Assembly (NCBI RefSeq): GCF_018977255.1 | Contig: NW_024704743.1 | Location: 41,852,001 to 41,916,000 of the forward strand | Length of the DNA: 64,000 nt | Origin: Callorhinchus milii | Taxonomy: Eukaryota | Direction: 5' to 3' | Shown: positions 25,618-38,358 of the stretch, piece by piece | How the letters are laid out: each line of letters starts with the position of its first letter | Numbering within the stretch: the first letter of the stretch is position 1 | The notes under the pieces: generated by a model | Databases searched by the model: none | The model's input: only the letters and a program-made list of their open reading frames with translations | Told to the model about the DNA's origin: nothing | Program-made: the position numbers and the translations under genes

Positions 25618-26570
25618 CATGAGAACAAATAAAAAAATAAGAATTTGCTAGGTGAAAGAAGACCAAGGTCCATCTAGTCCATCTTCCACCATCCTGGCAT
25701 TCGCATGACATATTATGTCCCAAACTATATACTGTATCCTGAGATATTATTTTCTAGTAGAAATCTATCTAATTTGTTTTTGAAACAAACAACATTTTCT
25801 GCTTCCACTGTCTCCCTAGGGAGCCTATTCCATAAGTTTACTACTTACTCACTGAAGTAGAGTTTCCACAGATTTGTTCTGAATTTACCCCTTTCAATCG
25901 CAGGCCATGTCCTCTGGTTCTACTGTTCAGTAAAAGATAAAATAATTTGTCATGGTCTACATTATTTGGAGTCCTGTAGCTCAGTGGTTAGAGCACTCGC
26001 TTTGCAAGTGAGAGACCTGAGTTCAATTCCAGGCAGAGGGCGAAACCTTGGGCAAGTTTCCTTACTCCACACAGAGCCTAATAATAATCCCTCCAAAAAA
26101 ACAAAAACAATAATAAATTGGTCATTTTCAATCTACGACTGTTTGTGGGGACACTGCTGAGTGCAATTGGCTGCCGCGTTCGCCCACAAATATACAGTCA
26201 ATTCACTTTACAGTATATTCTGTGAAGCGCTTTGGGACGTCCTCCCGACGTGAAAAGCGCTATATCAAATGCAAGGATTATTATTATTATTATTATTATT
26301 ATCTATTCGCATCAGAATTGTAAACACCGTAATCATATTGCCCTTCACCTTCTCCAGGGTGAACACACCCAGTTTATCTAATCGCTCCTCGTAGCCCAGT
26401 CCCTCCAACCCCTCAATCATTTTGTTTGCTCTCCTATGTATCCTCTCAATCACTGCAATATCCTTTTTATATTGCAGTGACCAGAACTGCACACAGTGCA
26501 GTCGCACCAGTGATTTATAAAGTGTCAGGATTACCCCTCTATTTCGGCTCGATATTGCCCTTTTAATACA
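25618..26570 (-). mobile_element. CR1 LINE 3' fragment (interrupted by a SINE)
   Basis: ORF 26265-26507 reads LHCVQFWSLQYKKDIAVIERIHRRANKMIEGLEGLGYEERLDKLG, the classic CR1 ORF2 C-terminus. Confidence 0.9.
25968..26301 (+). mobile_element. Full-length young tRNA-Ala-derived Deu SINE (short variant; SINE2-1_CM-like)
   Basis: ggagtcctgtagctcagtggttagagc (A box), tttgcaa anticodon-like loop, gagttcaattcc (B box), Deu core, L2-like stem-loop tail, (ATT)n end. Confidence 0.95.
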
Positions 26571-28273
26571 GAGCTTCCAAATTATACTTGGAAATGGGTG
26601 GTTGTTAAGACTTTAAAAATAATTGTAAATACCTTTTTTAAAAATAGGAGTAACTCATGAATGCTTCATATTTGTTACAGTGAGACAAAGAGATAAGCTT
26701 CCGAATTGTATTTTGAAATAAGCTGTTGTTTGGGTTTTAACAACAAAATTCCTTTGTGTTCATCAACATTTGTCCACAATGTGATCCTTGTTACTTGAAG
26801 TAATGTTGGCAATTGTGAAGCTCAGGCTATGGTCCAATCCTGAAAAATGAGGGTTAAAGAGTGGACTATAACCACTGTCACAGCACAATCTAGGCAACAG
26901 TGTATAGAAAACCAACAACAATCAATACTGACAGTCTCAATCCTATTTTCACAAAGGAGCACAATCTCAGCAAGAAAAAGCATTTGACAAAGAAGTTCCT
27001 CTCTGTTGCACAGAAGATTTAGTTAACCTAATCTTCAACACCTGGATACCCCCTTTGCTATACCTGCTGAAGTAATGCACAATGGGATTCTATTGTTGCA
27101 GATGCAAAACATAAGGCAAGTATGGGATAAGTCAGAGAATTGTTAAAGACTTTGAATGGCTTCTGAGCAAGTGAATCGTGAAGCTGTTGAAAAGTTTAGC
27201 TGATGAAGCAGAAAGACAAATCTTCTCTGAAAAAGAACATGTAAGTGATCTTAAATAATACATAATTACTGAGGATGAGCAGATGCAGCATTGGGCAGCT
27301 CATAGAATCACAAAGAGGCCCAGCAAAAGGTACATTTTACAGACTAGAGCAATGTGTTTGATTTTCTGGCAAGATGGGAAAGCACACTTTTGGGTGCTGG
27401 TTGCCTCGATATAAATCAGTAGGGGTTTGTGGACTGGCAGTCAATGCCAATCAAAGTGCATGCAGGAGCTGGAAATTGTAAAATGTTGTGATATAAATAA
27501 AAGTGTCAAGGCTAGTTTCCAAATTCACATTTGACATGGTACCATTTTTATATAACTGCAATAGTGTAGCTCAAAAGATACCTTCTGTGGAGTCGTAAAA
27601 GATAAAATGTTCGCCAACATAAAATGGGAGCAAATATCATAAAGAATCTACAAGCTGACAAGTACCTTAATTCACATCCCTGGTGAGTCGGCAAACGTGG
27701 TATCTGTAGCACTGTCTGTGGACCATTATTCAAGAAGTGACAGGTGGTTCAAAGGATTGTACTACAACTTTCAATTTAATGTGTTATGTGTAAAAAATCA
27801 TTAAATTGTCTAAATTGGAGACAAGGCACTGTTTTGATTCCAAAACTGCTACCTGAAGTGTTATGCACTCTTTTACCCCAGGCAGGAGAGAGAAATTAGA
27901 ACCATAGAACTGTAGAAACGTACAACACAACAGGAAGCAACTTGACCTATTTTTTCATTTTGGTGTTTACTCCTCCAAGATGCCATCCATCCAAATCCCA
28001 ATTCTTTGCTCTTATAGAATCATAAAATTAGATGAAGCGTTTAGTGCTGAAATTTCAATGGAACGGCGGTAATTGTCATGGATATTGCAGACATTATAAA
28101 ACATATTAAGTTGAGAAAACTCCTGTGTTTGGTAAAAACAGAATTTGAGGATTAACTTTTGTTTTATCTTCCCTTGCATTTTCCTTACTGGATCAGATAT
28201 CTGCTATTTGCAGAGGCTTAAGTTTAAATCTGGCCACTGTAATAAACAATTAACAAAATTGAGTAAAACTAGT

Positions 28274-28390
28274 GGAGTCCTGTAGCTTAGTGGTTAGAGC
28301 ATTCATCTCGCAAGCGAGAGAACCTGGGTTTGATTCCCGGGTAGGGCAGACAAAATGTTGGGCAAGTTTCCTTACTCCACATGCCTCTGT
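28274..28390 (+). mobile_element. Head-only copy of the tRNA-derived SINE
   Basis: ggagtcctgtagcttagtggttagagc...gggcaagtttccttactccaca. Confidence 0.88.
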
Positions 28391-28895
28391 CGCCACTTCG
28401 TAGACTTGGATTTCTAGGAGATGCATGAGATGAATGAAGTGCACACTGAAGTACGTAAAGCGTACCCAAAATATACACATTATTTGCAACTCAAAGCACA
28501 ATAATTGACGCCATCACCAGAAGTTTTGAATTTTTGATATTTGTGTGAACACACGGCCCAGTTGTCATTCTTTGCTCATTTTTCTGGGTATAACAAAAAC
28601 AGATTTCCCTTCAATCAGGTCATACAGTCAAAGTCCAGTGGAGAAAAAAAGCAACATAGAAATGTTGGAAATGCACAGCAAGCTGATCATCTGAAAGAGC
28701 TTAACAAGTTGGGTGTGTTCCCATTATCAGAACTTAATTCTGATCTGTTGAGTCAAACTCCTTCCTTTGTACAGATCTTTATGAAATAAGCACCATTCAG
28801 CATATCTCTTTTATGACATTGCTCTCAACGATGTGCATGTGGATTGTATTTTAAATTTGCATTAATACTGCACATAGGGATTCTGTGTCTTGCAG

Positions 28896-29063
28896 GCAGA
28901 AGCCGAACCTTGGGGCAGTTACTGTTTTTGGCACCTTTAGCTTTTCCATCAAAGTGGATCCAGACCATATAACATGTCCTGTTAGCGCTGGGCTACAGGG
29001 ACGTCAGGTACATATGACGAGCACTGTCTTGAGCCGACCAAACAAGAGACCATGATACATAAG
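28896..29063 (+). other. Candidate exon (probably non-coding)
   Basis: ttctgtgtcttgcag|gca acceptor; aag|gtattc donor (alternative cag|gtacat near 29007); stops in all three frames. Confidence 0.3.
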
Positions 29064-29759
29064 GTATTCATTCGGATGTCAGAGCTCTACACATTGTCTG
29101 CAGAGGTTATTCTGTCCTGTCTGGAATGCTACAGTATTTTATTCTTCCTGCTGCAGGGTCATGTTTGTGTCACTTAATATGGTGTTACAGATTCACTGAA
29201 GAGGAGAATATGACTTTCACTAAATACGCATGACAGCTATGTCCCAGTCAGTTTAGTTCCAGTTCCTAAATGACAAAAGTGAAAAAATCATTATACAAAT
29301 GAAGTGCCTGTCCCCACTGGCTTTGCTATTGATCCTTTAAATAGAATTTCTCAATTTTTATTTCACCACAGAAAGACCAGATTACAACATTGCCTTGATA
29401 CCTCATTTTGCGCACCCAATTTTGCCAAGTGATTTAAGCACCTGCGGCAATCTTGCAGTGAGTGGTGTGGGAACTGGGGAGTTTATGATTCTGTTAGAAG
29501 AGACAGAAATGGTTCAGGGTTTATTTTTGTAAGAATACCACAACTTTCTGGCAGAGGCACACAAGAAGATCTGAACATAAGATCCCATGAACATATGTAC
29601 AGGAAGAGGTCACTCAGCACCTCCAGCCAGTTCTTCCATCTTATTAGATGATAACCAGTGTTTTCATCCCATTCAACCACTTTTTCTTATCTTTCAATAC
29701 TCTAAATTCCTGGTGGGCAAATAGTGTGTAAAGGTCTGGTTATCTTTCTACAAGAAATT

Positions 29760-30180
29760 TATTGTGGCAATGGATAGAGTGCAGTGTAGATTTACTATTA
29801 CCAGGGTTGAGAGAACACAACTATCTGGCAAGACTAGACAGGTTAGGGACTTTTCCTCTGGAGATGTGATGACTGGGAGTAGTAATGGACTGATAATGGT
29901 GTTTAAAATTATGAAAGAGTGCCGTAAGGTGAAAATAAATGGACTGTTTCCACTTGTTGGGAAGTCCATAGTGGGGGTGGGGGGGGGGGGCGCAGGGGGC
30001 ATAAATATAATATAGTCACTAACAAATCTAAAATACAGTTTAGGAGGAACTTTGTTAAGCAAAGGGTGTGGGGAGTGTGGAACTCACTGCCAGAAATGGT
30101 GATTGAAGCAGAAATTATCGTTGCATTTAACAGAAAACTTGATGCACCAATGAGAGAGATGGGAACAGTGGAATGCCGAA
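29760..30180 (+). mobile_element. CR1 LINE fragment
   Basis: MDRVQCRFT...GLIMVFKIMK...LFPLVG is CR1-like; gtgtggaactcactgcc motif. Confidence 0.75.
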
Positions 30181-30364
30181 GATGTTAGGGAGAGCCACTC
30201 TAAATTGTGTAGAAGTAGATTAATTTCAACTGAAAGGAATGTGTTCAAAACATCTGCTATCTTTTCCATGGGCTCTTAATTATACCAGTAATAATTCCCT
30301 CTAACTTTAAACTGTATATCTTTAATGCAACCTGTAAACTTTGGACAAATAGTTTTAAATATTA

Positions 30365-30671
30365 TAATACTAATAATCCTTGCATTTGATATGGCGCTTT
30401 TCACGTCTTCTTGACGTCTCAAAGCGCTTCACAAAATATGCTGTAAAGTGAATTGACTGTACATTTGTGGGCGAAACGTGGCAGCCAATTGCGCACAACA
30501 GTGTCCCACAAACAGTCGTGAATTGAAAATGACCAATTTATTATTGTTTTGGAGGGATTATTATTAGGCGTCTGGAGGAAGTAAACTTGCCCAAGGTTTT
30601 GCCCTGCCTGGAATTAAACCAGATGTTTCGCTTGCAAGACGTGTGCTCTAACCACTGAGCTACAGGACTCC
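30365..30671 (-). mobile_element. Full-length tRNA-derived Deu SINE (short variant)
   Basis: Reverse complement of the 25968 copy, ending ctaaccactgagctacaggactcc. Confidence 0.95.
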
Positions 30672-31689
30672 GCAATATGTGCATTAAAATATGCAGTTTA
30701 AACATCAGAACCCCAGATAATCTTAAACTTCATAAGAAAATAAATGGTATTCCCTTTGCAATTGCTATTTGCTATTAAATGTGGCTAACAGTCAGCAACA
30801 TATATAATTTAAAATATCCTCCTTCACTCACATCATTGAGTGATATGTGTTCCCATTGTTTTGGTTGTTGCAATTATTCTAGTTTTCTCCCCAGCTGTCC
30901 AAGTACATGAACATTATCTGTGAGCTTGGATGTTACCAATAGGTGAATTAACAATTGAGGGCATAAACATTCAGTCCGATTTTATCAGCAGCCTCCATAT
31001 GGAGACAGAAAGCTCCCAACAGGTGCTCAATAGTGATCAAAAACAAAAAAATACATTGGATTTGCCTTCCCATAGATGAGGTCCTGAGCACAGATCTCTT
31101 AACCAATCCGAGGGCCTTTTCAGATCTATAAGATTCCACACGATGTTGTCCATTTAGCCACAAATGATTGACAGAGTGTGCACACTTCATGAAAACATTA
31201 ATTTTTAACCTTTGAAAGTCATCCAGTTAATTTCTCTAAGGTTACACGATGCCGACTTGTTATTCTTTTCAATTTCAATTAACTACTAACTTATATAACA
31301 AGGAAAACTTGCACAGTTTCATATTGTATGGCTGGTGTCAAAAATGAGACAACAAATGAATGGCAAATGACCATAGTTGAAGCTGTGTGAGTAATCAAAG
31401 CCTTGGAATCAGAAATGTACATTTACAAGTTGTTATATTGCAGTACAGAAAATAAACTCACAAACATGTCACCTGTCATGGTTGTGGAAAAGCAAATATC
31501 TCATAAGTCATCAACAACTCTGCAGGAGTTGATATTTTTGAGATATTTCATACTGATGTCACTTGTAAGGGAAGGTAGAAGCAGGTGCAGAAATACTGAA
31601 CATTGAACTGCTGGTGCAAGATATAGTGACTTGTTCGTGCAGTGACATACAAGTTGCAAGACTTATTAGTACTAACCACAACAAGAATA

Positions 31690-32060
31690 TGAATTTCTAT
31701 GTGCCTTTCACATCGGGAAGCTTTCTGACAGGGTAACCAAGTTGATGCAAATTGGGGTGGGGGTGTGCAGGGTGTGTGGGGATTGACGAAAGCTGTGGTG
31801 GAAAAAATAGATCTTAAAGCGGACATTAAATGCAGAGTGAAGAGGCAGGGTGGAGGGATTCTGGAATGGAGTTGCAGAGAGCAGTGTCAAAATGACTGAA
31901 AGCTTACACAAGGATAGTGGGGCAGATTAGGCAGGGGGCTTGCCCCCAGGGGGCTGGTAGCTTGATGTTAACTGGCAAACAGCTGCGGTGGTTGAATTTC
32001 AAATAATCGCAGAGGTGGAGCAAGGCCATGGAGCGATTTGTTCATGAGTACCAAGATTTT
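31690..32060 (-). mobile_element. Old L2 3' fragment
   Basis: gtgcctttcacatcggga tail; ggattctggaatggagttgcagagagcag matches the L2 region 53590-53620. Confidence 0.6.
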
Positions 32061-32144
32061 CATAGTGTTTCTATTGATGGTTCATTGTTATCAGTGTTAG
32101 TCAGTCTGCAGTGTTTTTGTGAATCTCCTGTCATCCAATTCCAA

Positions 32145-32475
32145 AGCAACAACAACAAAACTACATTTGTATAGCACCTTTCACGTCGGGAGGACATCCC
32201 ACGGCACTGGACAGTCAGTGTTTTGGACCCGAGCTGGGGGTTGGGGTCAGGGAGGATGCTGGGCAGGGAGGAAGTAGGGAGATCAAAAGCACGGTCGAAG
32301 AGGAGGGCTTTGCGATGGGTCTTGAAGGAAGCAAGGAAGGGGGCGAGGATGAGGGACTGCGGGATGGAGATCCAGAGGGTGGAGGCAGAGTAGTAGAAGG
32401 CTCGCCCACCAATAGTGGGGCGAGCGAGTCGGGGAACGTGAAGTAGGCTGGAGCCCGCTGAGCTCAGCAACTTGC
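32145..32475 (-). mobile_element. Young L2 LINE 3' end
   Basis: SAGSSLLHVPRLARPTIGGRAFYYSASTLWISIPQSL...FKTHRKALLF; (AAC)n tail. Confidence 0.92.
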
Positions 32476-35269
32476 ATTTATGTAGCACCCTTTACATAGG
32501 ATAACATCTCAGAGTGCTGCACAGTGGTGGGGTTGGTCAGTGAACAAAGGAAAGGGGTGGGAGAGAACCACAGACATAGGCTGAAAGCAGCATTAGCACA
32601 AATATGGGTATGAATCGTTGGAAGAATGAGGTGTGTCATGGGGTTAGACATTGGGAGGAAACCCACAAATGTTCTTCTGACTTCTTAGTTCCTCCTTAAA
32701 TGAAAGTGTTTCATTCGTATCTGCTGACACTTCCAATGGTACAGCATAGATTGAGAGTTTGTTGTGCAGAAAATCACAAAGAGGACTTTCCTTTCCAGGG
32801 CACAGTACCCAGGTCAGATTCTGTTAAGTGTTAGCTAAATAAAATATTTACTTTCAGCTACTATGGCCCATTGACAAAATAAATGAGATCAGAATACAAT
32901 GGTTTTGTTTGCAACATGCCTAGGAATACAACATTAATGAAAAACAGCAAGAAAGATATATCATTATAATAATATAATGACGTTACATATTAGCTCATTT
33001 GTCAAAGGTTTATGATTCATGTATTCCCAGCCCTCTTAAAAATGATATTCCAAAATTTAATTTGCTGAGGAAAGATTTTTCTTAAGATCTTGGACTATTT
33101 TCAAAATGTGGTAAACAATAAATAATGAAAAAATAAACAGCTTGCTCCCTACATTCCTTATTACTGCTGGCACTGAAAGTTATGTGAGATTGTCCTCTTA
33201 ACAAATAAATCTATAAGAAGTCTGTCTGTCAGGAATTTCCAGATGAGCAGTTAACAAAAGCAATCAGTAGAAAATCAAGTACACTGATGACTCCATGTCA
33301 GAGATTGTTGCGATTCTGACAAAAAAGGGTGTGACTATATTTAATAAATGTACTCACACTGTAAAAAGGTTTTAACTTCTTAATCAGCAGTTACTGAACT
33401 AACCATGCAGAAGGCACAGCAGAAATCTATGAGTATGGCTGAATGCTCCATAGGCAGAAAGATTGTAATCCAATGTACTTTCCGTGATGTCCTTCACAGT
33501 AAATGTTCTGTCCTTTCAAACCCTGCCATCACTTTCAGTTGGTGGTGTAAATTATTGACAGCAGCAGTCTTCTGCTTACTGTAGATGAATTTTAACCTGT
33601 TTCTGCTGGGAGCAGAATATACTCTGTCTGTGACTGAGATTTCCATTTCTGTCAAGTGGATTTGACAAATACAAAAGGTGTTTAAACTGTAGCCTTCAAG
33701 AACCATTATCCTGGCTCATGATTGTAATTCAGCCCTAAATTTAGTAAGAGCCTAATCTCCAAATCTTTGCAAATTCTAAGAACATTCTCATAGGGATCTG
33801 GAGCTGGACAGCATTTGAAGGCTTTTAATAATCCATTTTAAAAGCTTGATTCTGTATTACAGTGTGCAAACTCTAATACAGATACTTATACTATATACAA
33901 ATGGTGTAGGTGAGAATGTTTTAGAGCACCTGTACCTTTCATGTTATCTCAGATTCATCTGGATCGAGGAGATGAAGTTGTCATAACCAGTTTTGCTTAA
34001 TAAAAATTTTCTTAACATTTTTATCACATCTATTTTTTCTGGAAGCTGTAAGTTTAACATCCCTGCATATTTTGTCACAGTTATGCCTCAAGTCCATCTG
34101 CTGTGAGACAAATACAATAATGTGTCATAAAATTGGTTTATTTAGGGTGATTTGTGATAAATTTGCAGCCATTGAATAATGCAGAAGAAGAAACGAAATC
34201 ACTAAGGAAAGCTGGCAGGAACATGCATGTGAATAGCTCAGACCAACTACATTGGAAGGATTTGCAACCGATCCTGAACAAAATACCAAGAAAAATCTTC
34301 AATCTCTAATACTGCGGTATTATAAGGCCTATTTCTCAAAGGAAGAAACTAATAATTGAGTGGAAGGTGCTCCAACATGGTAAATAATGGAATGCATCTG
34401 TCTAAAACAGCACCACATACACTATTTTTAATTGTGTTACTAATTTAGATCCTGTCTGCTTGTTGATTCAGTTGGATATAACGGCACTGCCTCCCATTGC
34501 AATTTCAAAGTAACTTTCACCTGGTTAACCAGGTTTATATTGCTCTTCTCATCCACATTTACCCTTTAATTCAATGAATTGGCTAATCATCACATTGCTA
34601 TTCATGGAACATTGCTGGCGCAGTTTAACTGCCATGTTTGCCTAAATAACATTTACTTTCATTTCTAATCAATTATATTGTGTATACCACTTTAGCTGTT
34701 CATTTTTCCATTAAAGGCACTATACAAATTACATTTATTATTAATAAATAGATAGATATTAAGTAATAGGTGGAGAGAAAGACAATTATATATACACTGC
34801 TGGTGTTTTCTCATATGGTTTAAACTCCTGTCTGTATGGAGTGAAACAAGTTCAATAAATGCTGAATATCTAAAATTATGTATGCCATCACAGTCCCTAA
34901 AGGTTGAAGGCAATATTGGCAAGTGCTTCAAAGACATTAGTTTAGTCATGACTTAATATATATTATATACAAATACACCATGTTACTGGAAACTTTGTAA
35001 AGCAGACTGCAGAAAGGGTTACACTTTTTTATAAAAATAATAAAGTATTATTATTGCAATAATAGTATCACTGTTGGGATAATTCAAATTCTTTTAGTTA
35101 ATTTTGAACCAATTCTTGCAGAGTTGATTGCAAACTTACAAACGTAAAGTTTTTTAGCAAAATAATTTCATGTGTATATTGGTATCAATGTTGTCACAAA
35201 TTAACATTTCCATCAGAATTGGCCTATTGCTGTAATAACCTTCTTATAACAACCTTCCTGTAACTTGGT

Positions 35270-35700
35270 GTCAGCCTGGTTCAGCTGGTAGCACAATTAC
35301 ATCTGAATCATAAGGTTGTGGGTCCAAGCCCCAATTTGGGACATTGAACTAATAGTTTAGGCTGCTACTCCAATAAGTGCCGTGGTAACACTGGAGAGGT
35401 CCTGTCCTTCAGATGAGCTGTTAAATCAACGTCCATCTTCCTATTCAGGTGACTGTTAAATATCCTATGAAGCTGTTTCAAAAGAGAAGGAATTTTCTCC
35501 TGGTGTCCTGGCTAGCAATCCCCCAAATAAAATTGGTCAGTCACTTCATGGCTGTGTGTGGAACATTGTTGTGTACAAAATTGGCTGCTGCATTTTATTT
35601 AAAACATTCACAGTCACTATACTATAAATCCCGTGAAGTACTTTGAGACATCCTCCAAATGTGAAAGATATCATATCAAATGCAAGATTTATTTTTATAT
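35270..35700 (+). mobile_element. SacSINE1-like SINE
   Basis: gtcagcctggttcagctggtagcac...ggttgtgggtccaagcccc head, Deu core, tail. Confidence 0.8.
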
Positions 35701-35887
35701 TATAACAACATACCAAACTGTGTTCAACAACCTGGAGATCCCATTTATTCATTGCTTCAACACAAGTGCTCCAGGATGGCAGGACGTTGAAAGGCCTGTG
35801 CTTTAGTCATCCCATGCTGAACTGGAACAATCCTGACATTCACCACTCTTATCAGTTTGATATAAAAATGACAAACACTACAAACAC

Positions 35888-36040
35888 TACAAGGTATCTG
35901 GGGAAGACGGGTTTGCAGGGTTATGGGGAGAAAGCTGGTGATTGGGGTGAGTGAAAGTGACTTGCTCTGTCAAAGAGCCGGCACAGACTGGATGGGCCGA
36001 ATGGCCTCCTTCTGTGCCGTAACATTCTATGAATCTATGA
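35888..36040 (+). mobile_element. CR1 (HER1-like) 3' end
   Basis: gatgggccgaatggcctccttctgtgccgtaacattctatgaatctatg. Confidence 0.85.
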
Positions 36041-36634
36041 ATATACAGAAACATATATATATTTCTATTACATAAAGCTTTCAAGAAAGCATGCTTTCCC
36101 TGAAATAAAACATTATGTTCACTGTGAGAGATATGCATTTCAATATATAGAAACGCTAAATTCTCTATCTATCAAATAACATCAATAGGATTTGATTATA
36201 CCTACATATCTACGCAATGCCCCGGTTTAAATGGTGAATCAGTTGCTACTGATGAGATTGATCAATGAGATTGATAGGAAACAAAAATGAAAAGACCTCT
36301 TTGGCTATACTGGGCTCTCATCACAGCAACTAAAGGCTTCGTCCAGCTGGTTCATTCTCCAGCTGGAGTCAATAACTGCTTAGATCTAGCATTGACCAAC
36401 TCCCCAATCATTTGAAAGCACTCAATAAAGCAATATTTTCTCTTGGTTTGCATCCATGCAGTGTTTTGTTGGTATCTAATGCTGTGCTTAAACTGTCAAG
36501 AGTGAAGCTGCTTTGCTCTAGGCAGTAAAGCCATGTTGAGTGAGAAGCCCAATTTATACAACCTGCTCTGTGTCTGTCAACTAGACCTGTTCCAGCTCAG
36601 TAGAAAGCAACAAAGATTGTGCCTATCTCCAATA

Positions 36635-36785
36635 GAGACCAAAGGCAGGATGTAAAACTATAGATCCATATCCCTTCTGTCAATTATCTGAGAATGTCAT
36701 GGAAACCATACTGAATGAGGCACTCTTGCAAAATCTCAGTTACAATAACATGCTACTTGGTAGTCAATTAGGCATTAGAGGAAGT
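36635..36785 (+). mobile_element. Degenerate LINE reverse-transcriptase fragment
   Basis: aactatagatccatatcccttctgtca = NYRSISLLS; cttggtagtcaattaggcattaga resembles the QFGFR motif. Confidence 0.6.
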
Positions 36786-36954
36786 CAACATGTGACACTC
36801 TCAAACGTATGGTAAAGAATCTCCCAAAATAAAGTTGTAGCAGTAAGCCTTGACCATCCAAGAATCTTGAATATGTTTCCTTATCCCTGGCCTCATTGAG
36901 GACCTGCCCATGTGTGGTAGACATAATGATATCAGAATGTAAACACTGGGCTGT

Positions 36955-37340
36955 GGAGTCCTGTAGCTCCGTGGTTAGTGCACGCACATCGCAAGTGAAA
37001 GACCTGGGATCGATTCACGGGCAGGGCAAAATGTCGGGCAAGTTTCCTTATTCCACACATCTCTATTTATCTAGTAGTAAGTAGGGACCCAGTTGTTAAG
37101 TCAATTGGCGGTCGTTTTTCTGGGGGGAATAATTAGTTTGAAAAAAAATAATAGTAATAAATTGGTCACTTCAATCCACAACAGGTTTTGGGACACTGCT
37201 GTGTGTAATTGGCTGCCACATTTCGCCCACAAAATATACAGTCAATTTACTTTACAGTGTATTCTTTGAAGCACTTTGAGACATCTTGAAGATGTGATAA
37301 GGCACTATATCAAATGCAAGCATTATTATTATTATTATTA
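36955..37340 (+). mobile_element. Full-length tRNA-derived Deu SINE (long variant)
   Basis: Head, internal gtaagtagggacccagttg segment, Deu core, (ATT)n tail. Confidence 0.93.
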
Positions 37341-38067
37341 TAAATGGGTCATTGTTTTCTTATTACAATGACAAATGTCAGGGACATTTGCCTATCCCAA
37401 CAGTTTCTTCTCTTTACCAATAACCTGGCGGACATCTTCAAGCATGCTGTTTCTGTTTTGTTTAGTGGTTAAATTCACTGTCTGAAAGACAAGCGGGGGA
37501 CAAATTATTGTAGGCGATCTTAGAAATAAATGTAGAATAGTGGAAAATCCTCTATTATCTTACTAAAAAGATCAAGTCAATAACTATATTGAGAAAAAAA
37601 ATTACTTAATGTTGTCCATCTCCTCAAACTATATTGGTTCTAAGTTCCTTTTATTTTTCAAATAATCAGTTCCTCAATTTGGGCTGAATGACTTCCTTCT
37701 TTGCTTAAAAGTGTTTTTGTTTCTCACCTGGTTGACCAAAGAAATAACATAATTCTCGGTGCATATAACAGATTTTAGCATTTACTAGAGAATTTTCTCC
37801 TCTCAACAAGTTACTTATGTAACCCTGATTTGCATCCATGCTCATCAGCCTGTTTGTGCCATGAAATGCTCTAAGTTCCTTACATTTTTACTTGAGCTAC
37901 ACAAACGGATACTACCAAATTAGGTAGAGAATGCATCTAATAAAGAGCCCAGCTGACTTGAGAAATATCCGTGGATATTATTTCCAGGTGTAAAGTCTGG
38001 TGTCTCAGCTTGCTTACAAATCACCTTAAAACGATGAGAATCAATTTTTCGTTATGTTCTACTTATT

Positions 38068-38310
38068 CAACAACAACAACAACAAGATTCCATTTATTGA
38101 GCGCCTTTCACGTCGGGAGGACGTCCCAAGGCGCTGTACAGTTGGGTCAGGACCCGAGCAAGGGGGAAATGGTCAGGGTGAGGGGAGAGAAGGGAGGGAG
38201 CGAGGAGGGGTAGAGAGTCGAGAGGGGAGCTGAAGGCACGGTCAAAAAGAAAGGTCTTGAGACCGGCCTTGAAGGAGGAAAGGGAGGAGGTAAGGCGAAG
38301 GCACTGGGGG
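38068..38310 (-). mobile_element. Young L2 3' end
   Basis: (AAC)n followed by gcgcctttcacgtcgggaggacgtcccaaggcgc. Confidence 0.9.
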
Positions 38311-38358
38311 ATAGATTGAGGATAGATTCAGTGAGGATAGAGTGAGGATAGATTCAGC
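38310..38358 (+). repeat. Short tandem repeat (gaggataga unit)
   Basis: ggatagattgaggatagattcagtgaggatagagtgaggatagattcag at the L2 truncation junction. Confidence 0.75.

Noticed and set aside
25968..26040. tRNA-Ala-like sequences (also 8244, 28274, 30600-30671, 36955)
   Set aside because: No proper acceptor stem, and each continues into the SINE body; these are SINE heads, not tRNA genes.
26900..27360. Coding-looking purine-rich stretch (IVKLLKSLADEAERQIFSEKEH before gtaagt)
   Set aside because: In-frame stop directly upstream, no good acceptor and no recognised family; possibly transposon debris.
36241..36332. ctgatgag...gaaac hammerhead-like text inside a 16-nt inverted repeat
   Set aside because: No closing pair for stem II next to the boxes and no stem III/NUH; explained by a small tgagattgat duplication.
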